DNA of 64,000 bases from Eledone cirrhosa (lineage: Eukaryota), in contig OZ024756.1 in NCBI GenBank assembly GCA_964016885.1, positions 30,132,001-30,196,000 of the forward strand. Direction: 5' to 3'. Position numbers and translations under genes: made by a program. Shown in pieces: positions 10,313-24,080 of the stretch. The notes beneath the pieces are model-generated. The model was not told the DNA's origin and searched no databases. It saw nothing but the letters and a program-made list of their open reading frames with translations. Every line of letters starts with the position of its first letter. The stretch's first letter is position 1.

Positions 10313-13300
10313 ATGGCTATGCTAAGAGTAGGCTGTTTAAATGCGCGTGGCCTGGGCTCAACTTGGAAGCAAGCAATGCTTCTAAATGACCTCAGGTCAC
10401 AACGTATAGATGTGATGGTTATTTGCGAGGCCCGGATCAGCAACGTGCGACAGCTGGCCCCCACCTTTGATGACTTTGAGATGCACGCATCTCTCTGTCA
10501 GCCCGGAGGTGGGGGTGGAGTTGTCGTTCTGCTGCAAAAACATCTGGGTCTCGCAACACAGATGGTACATTTGGACCCGGAGGGTCGACTAGTGGTTCTG
10601 GACCTTGGCAGTGGTAAAGGCGGAGCGTTTAGGTTGGTAGCCGCCTACGGCCCTTTCGGGTCAATGCGGCCGGACTTCTTCCATCGTCTGGAGACTTTTC
10701 TGGGGACGTCCCGCTCCTTGCTATTAGTGGGGGACTGGAATGGTATCCTAGATGCACGCTGGGACTACGTAGGGGCCTGCCCCGATAGAGAGGGGTGTAA
10801 TAGCCTCAAAGGGTTAATCGGTCGATTTGACCTGGCCGATAGATATCGACTAGATTTTCCGACTGCGCCAACCTGGACTTGGGCAAATCGTAGCGGATCA
10901 TCTAGGTCGTACCTAGATAGGTTCTTAGTTAGAATTAAGGATAAGGACTTTTTAAGTTGTCCAAAAATGCGCATTGTTGGCTATTCAGACCACAAATTAG
11001 TGACCTGCATGGTCAACCTTGACAGAACTCATAGACAGGGCCCCGGTTACTGGAAGCTCAACTTGTCCTTGCCGGCAAGTAGAGCCTACAGGAATCGGAT
11101 TAGTACGTTAGTTAAGGAACGGTTGACTGGAGCGATCGTCAACAGCAGGTGGTGGGTATCTCTAAAGAGAGAGATTAGAGTAGTCTCGATTGAATTTAGT
11201 AAGGTTCTAGCTGCGGATAGGAATAGGAAGGAAAGGGAGCTAATAGATAGAGTAGAAGAGGCAATTAGAAGCGGCGACGTGGCCAGAGTGCTAGCGTCGA
11301 GAACGGCTTTGAGCCAGTTTTTCGACGCGAAGCACGAAGGCTGCGTTGTCCGAAGTAAAATACGTGCTCTAGGGAACGAGGGGGCCAAAGCTGTTAGCTG
11401 GGCCCGCGTGACAGAGGCCAACAGTGGAACTAAATCCACCATCCGGTCTTTGCGAGACCTGGATGGACGGGCGATTCTTGAGCCTAAGCAGATGTGTGAG
11501 GCCTTTCAAAGGCACTTTGCCCGACTGTTCGGGAGGGGCGCGGAGCCGGTTGGGAACGTGGACTTCGGTCCATACCTCGACGGCCTGCCGCGCCTCTCGG
11601 ACAGGGAGGCGAAGTCCTGCGAGGAGCCGATTTCGGCCGCTGAGATAGAGGACGTGCTGAGCCAATGCGGCAAACGCAAATCCCCGGGTCTCGATGGTCT
11701 TCCTTACGAATTATATCTAGCTATGCCGGACTTGTTCCCCGATCTCCTCGAGGCGGTCTACTGCAACTGGCAACAGAACGGGAGAATTCCCTGTACTGTG
11801 ACCAAGGGCGTAGTCACGCTAGTGAGGAAGGACGAGAACAAGGGGGACGAAATAAGTAACTTCAGGCCCATAACACTGCTAAATACAGAGTTACAGATTT
11901 TGGCCAAGGTGCTAGCAAAGAGGTTGGCGCTTGTCGTGGGCAACCTGGTGGGAGATGCGCAGACATGCGCTATCCCGTCCAGGTCCATCCATGACAACCT
12001 CCACCTCATGCGATACATCATAGAGAGGGTTGGGAACGAACCCGGCTTTGGTGGGGCTCTGATCAACTTGGATCAATCTAAGGCGTTCGATAGGGTCGAC
12101 CATGGTTACCTGGATGCGGTGCTAGCGGCGGCAGGCTTCGGACCCGTTTTCAGGGGCTGGATCACTGCTATGCACAGCAGCCGCATCTGCTCTAGGGTCA
12201 AGGTGAACGGCTACCTCTCGGAGCCGTTCAAAATCGCGCGGTCCATCCGACAAGGGTGCCCTCTCTCCTCCCTTCTGTATGTGTTGACTCTCGAGCCACT
12301 ACTGCGGAAGTTGGAGTTGTTGCAGGGCATCCCTTTGGAACCGGGATTGCGGAAAGCGGTGTCGGCCTACGCCGATGACGTGACAGTAATGGTGTCGACG
12401 GCCTCCGAAATCGAGGCGGTCGGCACCTTACTGGAGGAGTACGAAAAGTTCACAGGGGCTAAGCTGAACCGGGACAAGTCGATCGGTTTGCAACTCGGCA
12501 CGTGGAGGGGCAGACCGATGCCCTCCGATAGCGTCGTCGGACGCTGGACGGAGGGTCCGGTGAAGTTGCTCGGGGTCTGGTTCGGACCGGACCTCCAGGT
12601 GGAGAAAAACTGGGCGGAGGTTACGAACAGGGTGTTTGCACTGACCCAGAAGTGGGCCAGTTGCAAACTATCCCTGAAAGGTCGGGCGGAGGTGGCGAAC
12701 ACCTACATAGCGTCCGTCATCTACTACCGCCTGACCGTAGTGCCCTGCCCAAGGGAAACCCTCACCAAGATGGAGCGCGCGCTCTTCCAATTCCTTTGGA
12801 AGAGGCGGGCTCCTATGGTGAGGAGATCCATCTGCTGTCAACACCCTTCGAAAGGAGGGCTGGGGATGCCGTGGCTAATGATGCGTAAACACGCATTAAG
12901 GCTACGGCACCTCTACGTATTCCTCACCGGACAACCGGTGTGGGCCTCGTTTGTGAGACGAACCTTTCCCAGACTCGTCTCACTCACCGAGCTGCAATCC
13001 TGGGTCAAGCAAAGACCGAGAAAACTGGGCGCCTGGCACACTGAGTGTGCCCAGGCGCTCACCGCCCTCTGGCTGGCGGATCCGGTTATCAGTGGAGACT
13101 CCACCGCAACATTCTATAGAGGGCTGGTACGCAGCAGGTGCGACGACGCCCTCGGAGAAGCCCTAGACATGGAGGAGGACGAACTGGCCAGCCTGTTCGG
13201 TAGGACATTCAGCCCGGGACCTATGGACAACTTCCAGAAGTCCCTGGCCTGGCAGTGCTACCGAGGGGCTTTACCCGTTCGAGAAAGGCTCTACAGACAC

Positions 13301-13750
13301 AGGCGCCCGGGTAGGGACCCCGCCAAAAAGATCTGTCCCAGATGCGTGTGCGACGAGGAAACCGTTGCACACGCATTAGTACACTGCTCGGGCGTAGCCG
13401 ATCTGTGGGGCTATGTCGAACAACTGCTGTCAAGGGTGGGACCGATCCGGTTGACCACCGAGTCTATTGTAATGATCAAGCCGCCTCCCCCCTTCAAAGA
13501 TGAAGCAGAGGCGGTGTTTCTGTGCGTAATAGCCATGGCGAAAGAGGTTGTATGGTGGACGCGTCTGAAAGGACTGAGGTCGGGCACCTTTCTCTCTGGC
13601 CAACAACTGGTCCGTTTCTTCCGATATCATTTCGGAAGAAGGATCAGGATGGAGAGAGAGGTGCTGCACCCCAGCCGTTTCTATGAAAGATGGGTGAAAG
13701 TGGCGAGAATGGCCCGTGTGAATGGGCCTTCACTCTACATCAGACTATAG
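10313..13750 (+). CDS. Tx1 ORF2 polyprotein: apurinic-like endonuclease, reverse transcriptase, CCHC zinc knuckle (~1145 aa)
   Basis: APE motifs CLNARGL, ICE, GDWN, YLDRFL, SDH. RT motifs KSPGLDG, FRPITLLN, DQSKAFDRV, QGCPLS, YADD, LG. C-terminal CPRC..EETVAHALVHC. First ATG at 10313. Confidence 0.95.
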   Translation: MAMLRVGCLNARGLGSTWKQAMLLNDLRSQRIDVMVICEARISNVRQLAPTFDDFEMHASLCQPGGGGGVVVLLQKHLGLATQMVHLDPEGRLVVLDLGSGKGGAFRLVAAYGPFGSMRPDFFHRLETFLGTSRSLLLVGDWNGILDARWDYVGACPDREGCNSLKGLIGRFDLADRYRLDFPTAPTWTWANRSGSSRSYLDRFLVRIKDKDFLSCPKMRIVGYSDHKLVTCMVNLDRTHRQGPGYWKLNLSLPASRAYRNRISTLVKERLTGAIVNSRWWVSLKREIRVVSIEFSKVLAADRNRKERELIDRVEEAIRSGDVARVLASRTALSQFFDAKHEGCVVRSKIRALGNEGAKAVSWARVTEANSGTKSTIRSLRDLDGRAILEPKQMCEAFQRHFARLFGRGAEPVGNVDFGPYLDGLPRLSDREAKSCEEPISAAEIEDVLSQCGKRKSPGLDGLPYELYLAMPDLFPDLLEAVYCNWQQNGRIPCTVTKGVVTLVRKDENKGDEISNFRPITLLNTELQILAKVLAKRLALVVGNLVGDAQTCAIPSRSIHDNLHLMRYIIERVGNEPGFGGALINLDQSKAFDRVDHGYLDAVLAAAGFGPVFRGWITAMHSSRICSRVKVNGYLSEPFKIARSIRQGCPLSSLLYVLTLEPLLRKLELLQGIPLEPGLRKAVSAYADDVTVMVSTASEIEAVGTLLEEYEKFTGAKLNRDKSIGLQLGTWRGRPMPSDSVVGRWTEGPVKLLGVWFGPDLQVEKNWAEVTNRVFALTQKWASCKLSLKGRAEVANTYIASVIYYRLTVVPCPRETLTKMERALFQFLWKRRAPMVRRSICCQHPSKGGLGMPWLMMRKHALRLRHLYVFLTGQPVWASFVRRTFPRLVSLTELQSWVKQRPRKLGAWHTECAQALTALWLADPVISGDSTATFYRGLVRSRCDDALGEALDMEEDELASLFGRTFSPGPMDNFQKSLAWQCYRGALPVRERLYRHRRPGRDPAKKICPRCVCDEETVAHALVHCSGVADLWGYVEQLLSRVGPIRLTTESIVMIKPPPPFKDEAEAVFLCVIAMAKEVVWWTRLKGLRSGTFLSGQQLVRFFRYHFGRRIRMEREVLHPSRFYERWVKVARMARVNGPSLYIRL

Positions 13751-14036
13751 GTGAGGAAGATGAAAGACCAAGGGAGCACCCCTTCTCTGTGCTCCTGAGG
13801 AGAAGGGTTGCACACTTTTTTCGGGGGTGTGTGCGACCCCCCAAGGCGCCTCCTCTCTATTGAGGATTTTGTTAAAAATTTTATTTTTTGTTATATCTTA
13901 TTTTATTTTTATATTTTGTTATTGCCTCCTCCTTATTGAGGACGCCTTTTTGTGTAAACTCCCCCCTTTGTACTTGTCCCACTTTTGATGCCCTAGTGGC
14001 AAATAAAAGAAATATATCTATCTATCTATCTATCTA

Positions 14037-14173
<137 letters not shown>

Positions 14174-14446
14174 GCTAGCTAGCTAGCTAGCTAGCTACCT
14201 GCCTGTTTGTCTATCTCTATCTATCTTTCTTTATTTAACTGTCAGTATCTCGTTTTCTTTATCGCTTTTCCTCTCTTCTCTTTCCTCATCTCTCTATATC
14301 TACCCACCAAATAATAGGAAGCCTCCTATGAGAGAGAAATCTCCGCCTTTAGCAACAAAATCTACATGAATAGAAAATAAAGTAGCCTCAAGACGATAAC
14401 ATAAATTGCCACTGACGCGCTGGGTTGATTGAGTTATGCAAAGGAT

Positions 14447-14501
<55 letters not shown>

Positions 14502-14503
<2 letters not shown>

Positions 14504-14520
14504 GGCCAAAATGTTATCTC

Positions 14521-14556
<36 letters not shown>

Positions 14557-14576
14557 GAGATAACATTTTGGCCGTT
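14502..14576. repeat. Short inverted repeat bracketing a (TA)n tract (acggccaaaatgttatctctacctta / taaggtagagataacattttggccgt)
   Basis: Perfect ~26-bp reverse-complement arms facing a central (TA)n. The right arm continues into unique sequence to ~14905. Confidence 0.8.
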
Positions 14577-14904
14577 TGGACTGCTGCTATTTCTAGTGGC
14601 AGGACACATTGACCTGTCTACCTTTCCTTTTGTCTTTGCACATGGCACCAGACAGAATTATTTCTTCTATCATTCGCTCTCATTTCGGAATGGTTTTGTA
14701 TGGAGTCAGTTTGTGATTTGAATTCGGGAATTTTATATTCTCCGAGAGAGAAGAGCCCTCTGAAGATTGCTCCCTTCTCAATGGAAATCCGCTTGGATAT
14801 TCCGTTTATTCCGGAGCATGAAACCGCGGTAAAGGCACATATGGTAAGTACTGGGAATTTTTTAAAATTCATTTTAAAACATTTTCTCTATTTGCTAGAC
14901 CTTG

Positions 14905-15018
<114 letters not shown>

Positions 15019-15130
15019 CACTGGAATATAGGGTATCAACCATAGGTTACCGAAACCGTAGTGATTTCCTGCGGTTCACCGAGGAGACGGGATAGTTTAT
15101 CTTTCCGATGTTATTTCTATATATATATAG

Positions 15131-15319
15131 GGCGGTTGATTGGCAGTATCGGGAGAGGGTCGGACGCCATGCTTTGCAGCAAACAGTTACGGCCCTTTAC
15201 GGACTGCATTCAAATCCCGCCGAGGTTAACTTTTCCTTTCATCCTTACGGGGTCGATAAAATAAAGTACCAGTAATGCACTGGGTAATTGCTGGCCTTGT
15301 GCCTAAAGTAGAAACAATT
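15131..15319 (+). mobile_element. tRNA-derived SINE, full length (short variant)
   Basis: A box 'tggcagtatcgg', B box 'ttcaaatccc', core 'cctttcatccttacggggtcgataaaat', AT-rich tail. Confidence 0.9.
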
Positions 15320-15397
15320 GTTTCTATATATATGATAGGTACAAATAAAAGTTGTAACCACAGTATAGCACATCCCTATATATATATATATATATAT

Positions 15398-15470
15398 ACC
15401 AAAGGGCGGTGCCCCAGTATGGTCTCAGCGGGATGGCTGAAACAGGTAAAAGAGTAAAAGAGTAAAAGAG
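15398..15470 (+). mobile_element. 3' tail of another SINE family ending in (GTAAAAGA)n
   Basis: 'caaagggcggtgccccagtatgg...ctgaaacaggtaaaagagtaaaagag' has the tandem-repeat tail typical of LINE-mobilised SINE ends. Confidence 0.5.
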
Positions 15471-15968
15471 TATATATATATATATGTGTGCGTATGTGCT
15501 TGTGTCTGTGTGTATGTGTGCATGTGTCTGTGTGTGTGTGTGCATGTGTCCATGTGTCCATGTGTCTTTGTGTGTGTGAGTGCATGTGCATGTGCATGTG
15601 TGTGTGTGTGCATGTTTGTATATGCATGTGTATACGCGCGCGCGTGTGTGTGTGTGTGTGTGTGTGTATGTCTGTGTGTGATAGAAATACATGCAAATAT
15701 ATTCAAGAAACTACAGGAACTAAACCAATGATTTAGATGGCCTAATCTCATTCACCAATCATTGACACAGACTTAAAGAGCATAACAATTATTTGTTCAG
15801 TCATCTCTTCAAAGGACAAAATTTGTCCTTATTTATTATTTAATTAATACAGAGTTTAATTAATCCCCGTCTACTTCAGAGGATTCGTTTAATTAAACAT
15901 CCAACAATCTGATTTATGATCGCCATCAAGTAGGGCTATTTATGAAGCTTCACATGTGTGTGTATGTG

Positions 15969-16009
<41 letters not shown>

Positions 16010-16052
16010 TTGTGTGTGTATCTGTGTGTGCGTGTATATATATATATATATG

Positions 16053-16119
<67 letters not shown>

Positions 16120-16229
16120 TAGATAGATAGATACACATATGCACGTATACATATATGGATGTCAAGTATGGTATTTGTGGGAACTTGTCTTTTTACCACA
16201 AACTTATACAAATTTCATACTTGACGATC

Positions 16230-16279
<50 letters not shown>

Positions 16280-16326
16280 GTCTGTGTGTATATATATATA
16301 TATATATATATTTGTATATAAAGGAT

Positions 16327-16364
<38 letters not shown>

Positions 16365-16365
<1 letters not shown>

Positions 16366-16567
16366 ACAAAGGAAATGTGGTAAGGACCCAGGTGGACCAT
16401 AACGCACCAAAGTACTCAATACTTAGGGTAGTAGAGTGGGTAACAGGAACGAGTAGGACCCCCACGGCTGAGCTCAAGCCGTTTCGACGGCTCTATCTGG
16501 ACTCAATCAGCTGTCCAGAATTAGCCGTCGAAACGGCTTGAGCTCAGCCGTCGGGGTCCTACTCGTT

Positions 16568-16570
<3 letters not shown>
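16365..16570. mobile_element. PLE family A fold-back element
   Basis: Long arm, spacer 'tcaatcagct', inverted arm ending ctactcgttcct, in (TA)n. Confidence 0.85.
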
Positions 16571-16609
<39 letters not shown>

Positions 16610-16799
16610 AGTGTGTGTGGGTGTATATAATTCATTGACAATGTAATAGGAAGAGTTTACCCAATGCGTTACTGATTTGACTATTGTTTCTAGCAGATTA
16701 ATGAAGGGATTGTCGTAAGATGAGCCGTCAGGCATGAGTTAACCAAGCAGAGTGGGTACGATATGTGATGAGTGGTATGGCTGACAGAGCTTCTGTTAC

Positions 16800-16851
<52 letters not shown>

Positions 16852-17109
16852 GTGGCATCATCTTACTTCAGGAGGGTTCATGCGATATGTGGTGAGAGGA
16901 AGTCCTGACAGAGTGTCTGTTACATATCTAGATACACTTACGTTAGCTTCATTACAAAAATGATGATGATGATGGCCGAAAGCCGATACGTAAAACATAA
17001 AACCCCTGCTAAAGCGGAAATGCTTTTCAAAATGAATTTCCTGTTGAGACGTGAACTCCGACCAGCCCATGTAATTAGGATATATATATATATGTAATGT
17101 ATATATATG

Positions 17110-17233
<124 letters not shown>

Positions 17234-17370
17234 TACATATATACATATATATATATGTATATATGTATATATATATACACATATATATATATACATATAT
17301 ACATATATATATATACATATATATATATACATATATACATATATATATATATATAGATACATATATATAT

Positions 17371-17415
<45 letters not shown>

Positions 17416-17473
17416 CATATATACATATATATATATACATATATATATATACATATATACATATATATATATA

Positions 17474-17574
<101 letters not shown>

Positions 17575-17798
17575 CATGTACATATCCATAACAAACCTCT
17601 GCACTATCATGATTACCGCCATTGCTCTTTTTCTCCTGGAAGATACAAAGACGTTGTGTCACGTAATTAAGAAACCAACATCTAAAGGTAGGGGAGAGGG
17701 TGGGGCAGCAACAAAGGGATCTTTCTTAGAGAACAATGACCAAGCAATGAATGTCATGCTTCGGTTCTTGCATTGGTGAAGGGCTGCTATGTATTATA

Positions 17799-17912
<114 letters not shown>

Positions 17913-17956
17913 CATATATGTGTATATATATATACATATATATACATATATGTGTA

Positions 17957-18060
<104 letters not shown>

Positions 18061-18066
18061 CATACG

Positions 18067-18123
<57 letters not shown>

Positions 18124-18237
18124 ACATATATGTGTATATATGTATATATATATATGTATATATATATACCTACATATATGTGTATATATCTATATATATA
18201 TATATGTATATATATATACATATATATATATATACAT

Positions 18238-18288
<51 letters not shown>

Positions 18289-18362
18289 CCTACATATATG
18301 TGTATATACATATATATATGTGTGTGTGTTTATGTATGTATATTTATATGCCTTTATATTTA

Positions 18363-18394
<32 letters not shown>

Positions 18395-18412
18395 CATACA
18401 TATATATATATG

Positions 18413-18466
<54 letters not shown>

Positions 18467-18861
18467 CGCACACAAACACACACATATATATATATATATA
18501 TAGTGACTAACTGTAATGTGGTTGAGATCACTAAGACCGCCGCCATGTTACTTTATAGATTTGCTGTCTTCAGTACTGTAGCATTATATTTTGTTACTCG
18601 AGGAAGTCATTTCCGGTTTTCTCTTACTGTAGTCTGATCAGTAAATAATTTAAAACATAGTGATATTCGAACTCACAAAGATTTATTTATAGCCAACCTG
18701 GAAACATTACCCAAGTTTTCTTTGCGTGATTTAGACAATATAGCTTTATCACATGTTAAATAATACACGAGAACAAGAGGAGCCTATAAAGGAAAAAAAA
18801 AAAGAAAAAAAAGATAAAGAAGAAAAAAAGACCCAGGAATGGAAAAGAAAAATCTAACATT

Positions 18862-19255
18862 GGTGGATTTGCAGTATCGGTATAGGGTCGGACGCCATGC
18901 TTTCCAGCATAGTTACGTCTCTTTACGATCTGAGTTCAAATCCCGCCGAGGTTGACTTTGCCTTTCATCCTTCCGGGGTCGATAAAATAAAGTACCAGTA
19001 ATGCACTGGGTATTTGCTGGCCTTGTGCCAAAAAGTAGAAACAATTATTTTTTTATTAGGCTAATAATAGGTGATAAACTGGCAGTATCTTTAAAGCATA
19101 GAACAGAATGCATTGCGGCATAATTTTAGGCGTTTTTACGTTCAAATCTGAGCCGATTCAAATTTGAGCCGAGGTGAGGACAACTTTGATCTTTCATTCT
19201 TAAAGGGGTCAATAGAAAATAAAGTACGAATCAAATACTCGGCTCAATTTAATCG
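18862..19255 (+). mobile_element. Two tandem SINE copies (18862-19049 well conserved; ~19070-19255 degenerate)
   Basis: Match to the SINE consensus seen across the window. Confidence 0.8.
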
Positions 19256-20231
19256 ATAACCACACCACCACCACCAGCACGATGACGACTATCACCACAA
19301 GCAGCAGCAGCCCCACCAGTACCCTCACGAACACCACCACCAACACCACCATCATCACCACCACCACCACCACCACTAACCTCCCACCACCACATCCACC
19401 CCATCACCACCATCTCGTCCTTGAGTCCCTCTAGCAAAGTCCTCTCTCTCCCACACTTTCTCTCACTCACACTCTCTCTCCCACACTCTCTCTCTCTCAC
19501 TCACTCTTTCTCTCCCACTCACTCTTATTCTCTCTCTTACGCACACTCTTTCACATTCTCTACACATCCCCACCACCACCACCATTACCACCACTACCAC
19601 ACACACACACATATATATATATATGACTTAGTGACTATTTTAGAGATAATTATGAATACCATATTGTTATCAGTACCTTGGAGAAATTGACACGTCCATC
19701 AACAAGATCATCATCATCATCACTACCAGCAGTACCAAGCATAACAACAACAACAAGAATATCATAGACCAATCAGCTACTATTCAATTTAGTCCCGCCA
19801 CCCCCTCGGTTATGAGTTCATGAAACGAAGAAAGAAATGACAATATTACATACACAAAACCAACAAGTATATAAACAACTGTACGCTTACACATATACAC
19901 AAGCTAACACACACAGGCACAGACACATTAATAAAACGCACCAGCATATATACACACACATACATACATACATACTTATGTAACGTATGATACGTTTATA
20001 TATAGATATGTGTGGATGTATATATAACATTGTATATTATACAATATGATAAATATCAAATACTCATAGCATAAATAAACACGGTTGAGGAATTTAATCT
20101 AAACAATTATTTATACACGCATACAAACATACATAGGCACACACACGCACTCACACACACATACACACACACACATGTATATACATAATATGTATATATA
20201 TATGTATATTTATATATGCAAATATATATGA

Positions 20232-20354
<123 letters not shown>

Positions 20355-20373
20355 TCTATATACATATATATTC

Positions 20374-20407
<34 letters not shown>

Positions 20408-21160
20408 TATATATTTACAAGTGTTTATATATATAAACATATTTATGTTCACATACATACATATATACATACTAACAACTAATAGAAAAAAAAAATAATA
20501 TACAGAAAAAGAAGGCTGTGGTGTTATATTTCTTAACATATTTAAATACTACTAAATACCACCATCCATGCTATTAAACGACGATAACCAAACAAAACAC
20601 GAAAGAATAAAAACTTAAACATAAAACGCCATGTAAATAAGGGAGATAAATCTACTGATAACAATACAACATGTTGACACAAACACCTAAGGAAAACAAA
20701 CTGGTTCATGATAGAATTTATACTGATATATGTATTAGACTGTACATAATTTGCTCTTAAGAAATATAACTTACTTGCTTCTATGTGAGTGGGTGACATA
20801 TTTCTTTTATCTTTGTCTTGTTTAAATACATTTTTAAATGTATTTATTTTGCCATTATTTTTCGTTCGCTTGTTTATTTTTAGTAGTAGGGTATTAATTA
20901 ACTCCCTTTATTTATTTTTTTATTTGTTTGTTCATGAACGTATTTGTTTATGTAATTGTGTATATTTTTGATTTTGTTTTTCAATCTGCATTTAATTATG
21001 TACGATAAGAAATTTATTTCATGGTTTAATTATAGAAGGTGTCAAGTTTTTCACTACGACAATATTTTGATGAATTCGTTCATTGTCTTAGCTAAGTTCA
21101 GCAAGACACCCATGTTACTCAAGCATATATATATATATATATATACATATGCAAAAAAAA

Positions 21161-21198
<38 letters not shown>

Positions 21199-21335
21199 TA
21201 TATATAGAGATATATATATATATTGTGGATCTGTGAGTTTGTGCACGTATTTGCAGTCAACTGCATACACCCACACATATGCTATCACGCAACACACAGG
21301 GTCACACACAAATATATACACATGCATTTATATAT

Positions 21336-21482
<147 letters not shown>

Positions 21483-21625
21483 TGAGAGAGAGATATATTA
21501 GATAGCATCAAGTCACAGATGTAGGTAATACGAACTCCTGTGAGTACATGTACGAACAAGTGGATCATATCAATTTGATGAAAGGAAAATGTTATCTTAA
21601 CAAATATATATATACATATATGTAT

Positions 21626-21701
<76 letters not shown>

Positions 21702-21709
21702 TGTATATC

Positions 21710-21781
<72 letters not shown>

Positions 21782-21783
21782 CA

Positions 21784-21874
<91 letters not shown>

Positions 21875-21879
21875 TGTAT

Positions 21880-21926
<47 letters not shown>

Positions 21927-21959
21927 TATATATATATATATATATATACATATATGTAT

Positions 21960-22009
<50 letters not shown>

Positions 22010-22017
22010 TGTATATC

Positions 22018-22070
<53 letters not shown>

Positions 22071-22156
22071 CCACACACACACACACACACATATACATAT
22101 ATATATATATACATGTTTATATGCATATACTCCAAACATGCACTCATATATTTAAA

Positions 22157-22192
<36 letters not shown>

Positions 22193-22594
22193 TGTATGTA
22201 TGTATGTATATATATATATATATTTGTGTGTGTGTCTATTTCGCTTTTCCTTTTCTATTTCTTCTTTTTCCGTTTACCACCATCTCAGATGACATTCAAA
22301 TCTTGCAAAAGAAGTAAATATATAAGAATTATATAAGTAAATAAATGCATATATACAAGTGAAAGGGAAAAAGGAAATGGAAAGAAACAATCTTAAAGAA
22401 TGCCGTTGATTGTATCTATTCGGTGATGCATATGATGTAATGTATATATATACTTATATATACGTATATACTTATACATATGTAGATATGTAGATGTACA
22501 CACACACACACACATTTATGTATGTATATGTATATATGTACGCATATATATATATGTAGGTATGTATTTTATATATATATATGTATGTATATGC

Positions 22595-22645
<51 letters not shown>

Positions 22646-22646
22646 C

Positions 22647-22683
<37 letters not shown>

Positions 22684-22907
22684 CGTGTGTGTGTGTGTGC
22701 GTATATTCAGTTCGATCTACTCAGTTCAGATTCTTAGAGTATACTTCTAGTCGATACCGGGTGTTAATAATGAGTGCATACAGCCATATTCATCTCTACA
22801 ATTATTTTCTGAAGTTCCCAACATTGCACCCGCAGAAATTAGAATCGAGATACTGATTATTTCAATGTAAACCTGCTTTCATTAAAAATACATATACCAT
22901 AAGTAAT

Positions 22908-23085
22908 AATTGTTTCTACTTTAGGCACAAGGCCAACAATTAACTAGTGCATTACTGGTACTTTATTTTATCGACCCCGTAAGGTTGAACGGCAAAGTCA
23001 ACCTTAGCGGGATTTGAACTCAGATCGTAAAGGGACGTAAACTATGCTGGAAAGCATGGCGTCCGACCCTCTACCGATACTGCCA
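22908..23085 (-). mobile_element. SINE, minus strand
   Basis: Reverse complement of the SINE consensus. Confidence 0.9.
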
Positions 23086-23146
23086 GTAATAATAGTATTA
23101 TAAAGCTATTATATGAATGTAATCATTATTATTAGAGGTTGATCTA

Positions 23147-23798
23147 GCATAGTTACGTCCCTTTACGATCTGAGTTCAAATCCCGCCGAGGTTAATTTTG
23201 CCTTTCATCCTTACGGGGGTCGATAAAATAAAGTACCAGTAATGTACTGGGTAATAGCTGGCCTTGTGCCTAAAGTAGAAACAATTATTATTAGAAGTTG
23301 AATTGGCAGTGGCAGGTGAATTGGCAGTATCTGTAGAGGGTCGGACATGCTTTCTAGCACAGTTACATCCCTTTACGATCTGAGTTCAAATCCCGCCGAG
23401 GTTAACTTTGCCGTTCATCCTTACGAGGTCGATAAAATAAAGTACCAGTAATGTACTGATTTAATTGCTGGCCTTGTGCTAAAGAAGAAACAATTATTAG
23501 AGGTTGACTTTACCTTTCATCCCTACGGGGTCGATAAATAAAGTCGCAGTAATGCACTGGAATAATTACTGGCTTTGTGCCCAAAGTGGAAACAGTTATT
23601 GTTAGAGGATCGGACGCCATGCTTTGTAGGATAGAGTTGTGGCCCTTTACGTTCTGAGTTGAAATTCCTTCGCGGTTAGCTTTGCCTTTCATCCTTACAG
23701 GGTCGAGAAAATAAAGTACTAGTCACACACTGGGGTCGATTTAATCGACTTTCGCCTCCCACAAAATTACTGGCCTTGTGCCTATATAAGAAACCACT
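23147..23798 (+). mobile_element. Array of four head-to-tail SINE copies (some 5'-truncated)
   Basis: Units at ~23147-23288, 23313-23495, 23500-23598 and 23603-23798, each starting in the previous copy's 'attattag' tail. Confidence 0.85.
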
Positions 23799-23868
23799 AT
23801 TTCTATTGTGTGATGTCACTGCACTACTGAACACAGCTATATGTGTATGTGTGCATTGGATATGTGTA

Positions 23869-24080
23869 GAAGGGAGTTCTAATGCGTTCCTGGCTTTGGG
23901 TAAAATAAAATACAACAGGATCAGTTAATTCTGATTTTATTCAACATATTCCCCTCTCAGATACACATAATTATTGCAGCGGTCCTTTACTTCCCCAGAA
24001 CCCTACAAAATGAACTCAGAATGTTGGGCCTCCAACCAGACCTCTGTAGCAGCTTAAAGCTAGAACCATGACAGCACCCC
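23869..24080 (-). mobile_element. Mariner-derived MITE relic
   Basis: Degenerate TIRs 'aagggagttctaatgcgttcctggcttt' / 'aaagctagaaccatgacagcacccc'. Minus strand reads VYLRGEYVE*, like mariner transposase C-termini. Confidence 0.6.

Larger units (their letters stand above)
9887..14012 (+). mobile_element. Tx1/L1-clade non-LTR retrotransposon: ORF1 3' end, intact ORF2 and 3' UTR, inserted in (TATC)n
   Basis: Starts and ends in (TATC)n. The 3' UTR ends AATAAA-AGAAA directly followed by TATC repeats, with no poly(A). Confidence 0.95.

Noticed and set aside
14755-14805. Hammerhead-like CTGAAGA...GAAAtccgcttggaTA
   Set aside because: No stem I pairing and an irregular stem II; probably chance.
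15131-15225. tRNA gene in SINE heads
   Set aside because: A/B boxes are present but there is no complete cloverleaf, and the head is always linked to the SINE body.
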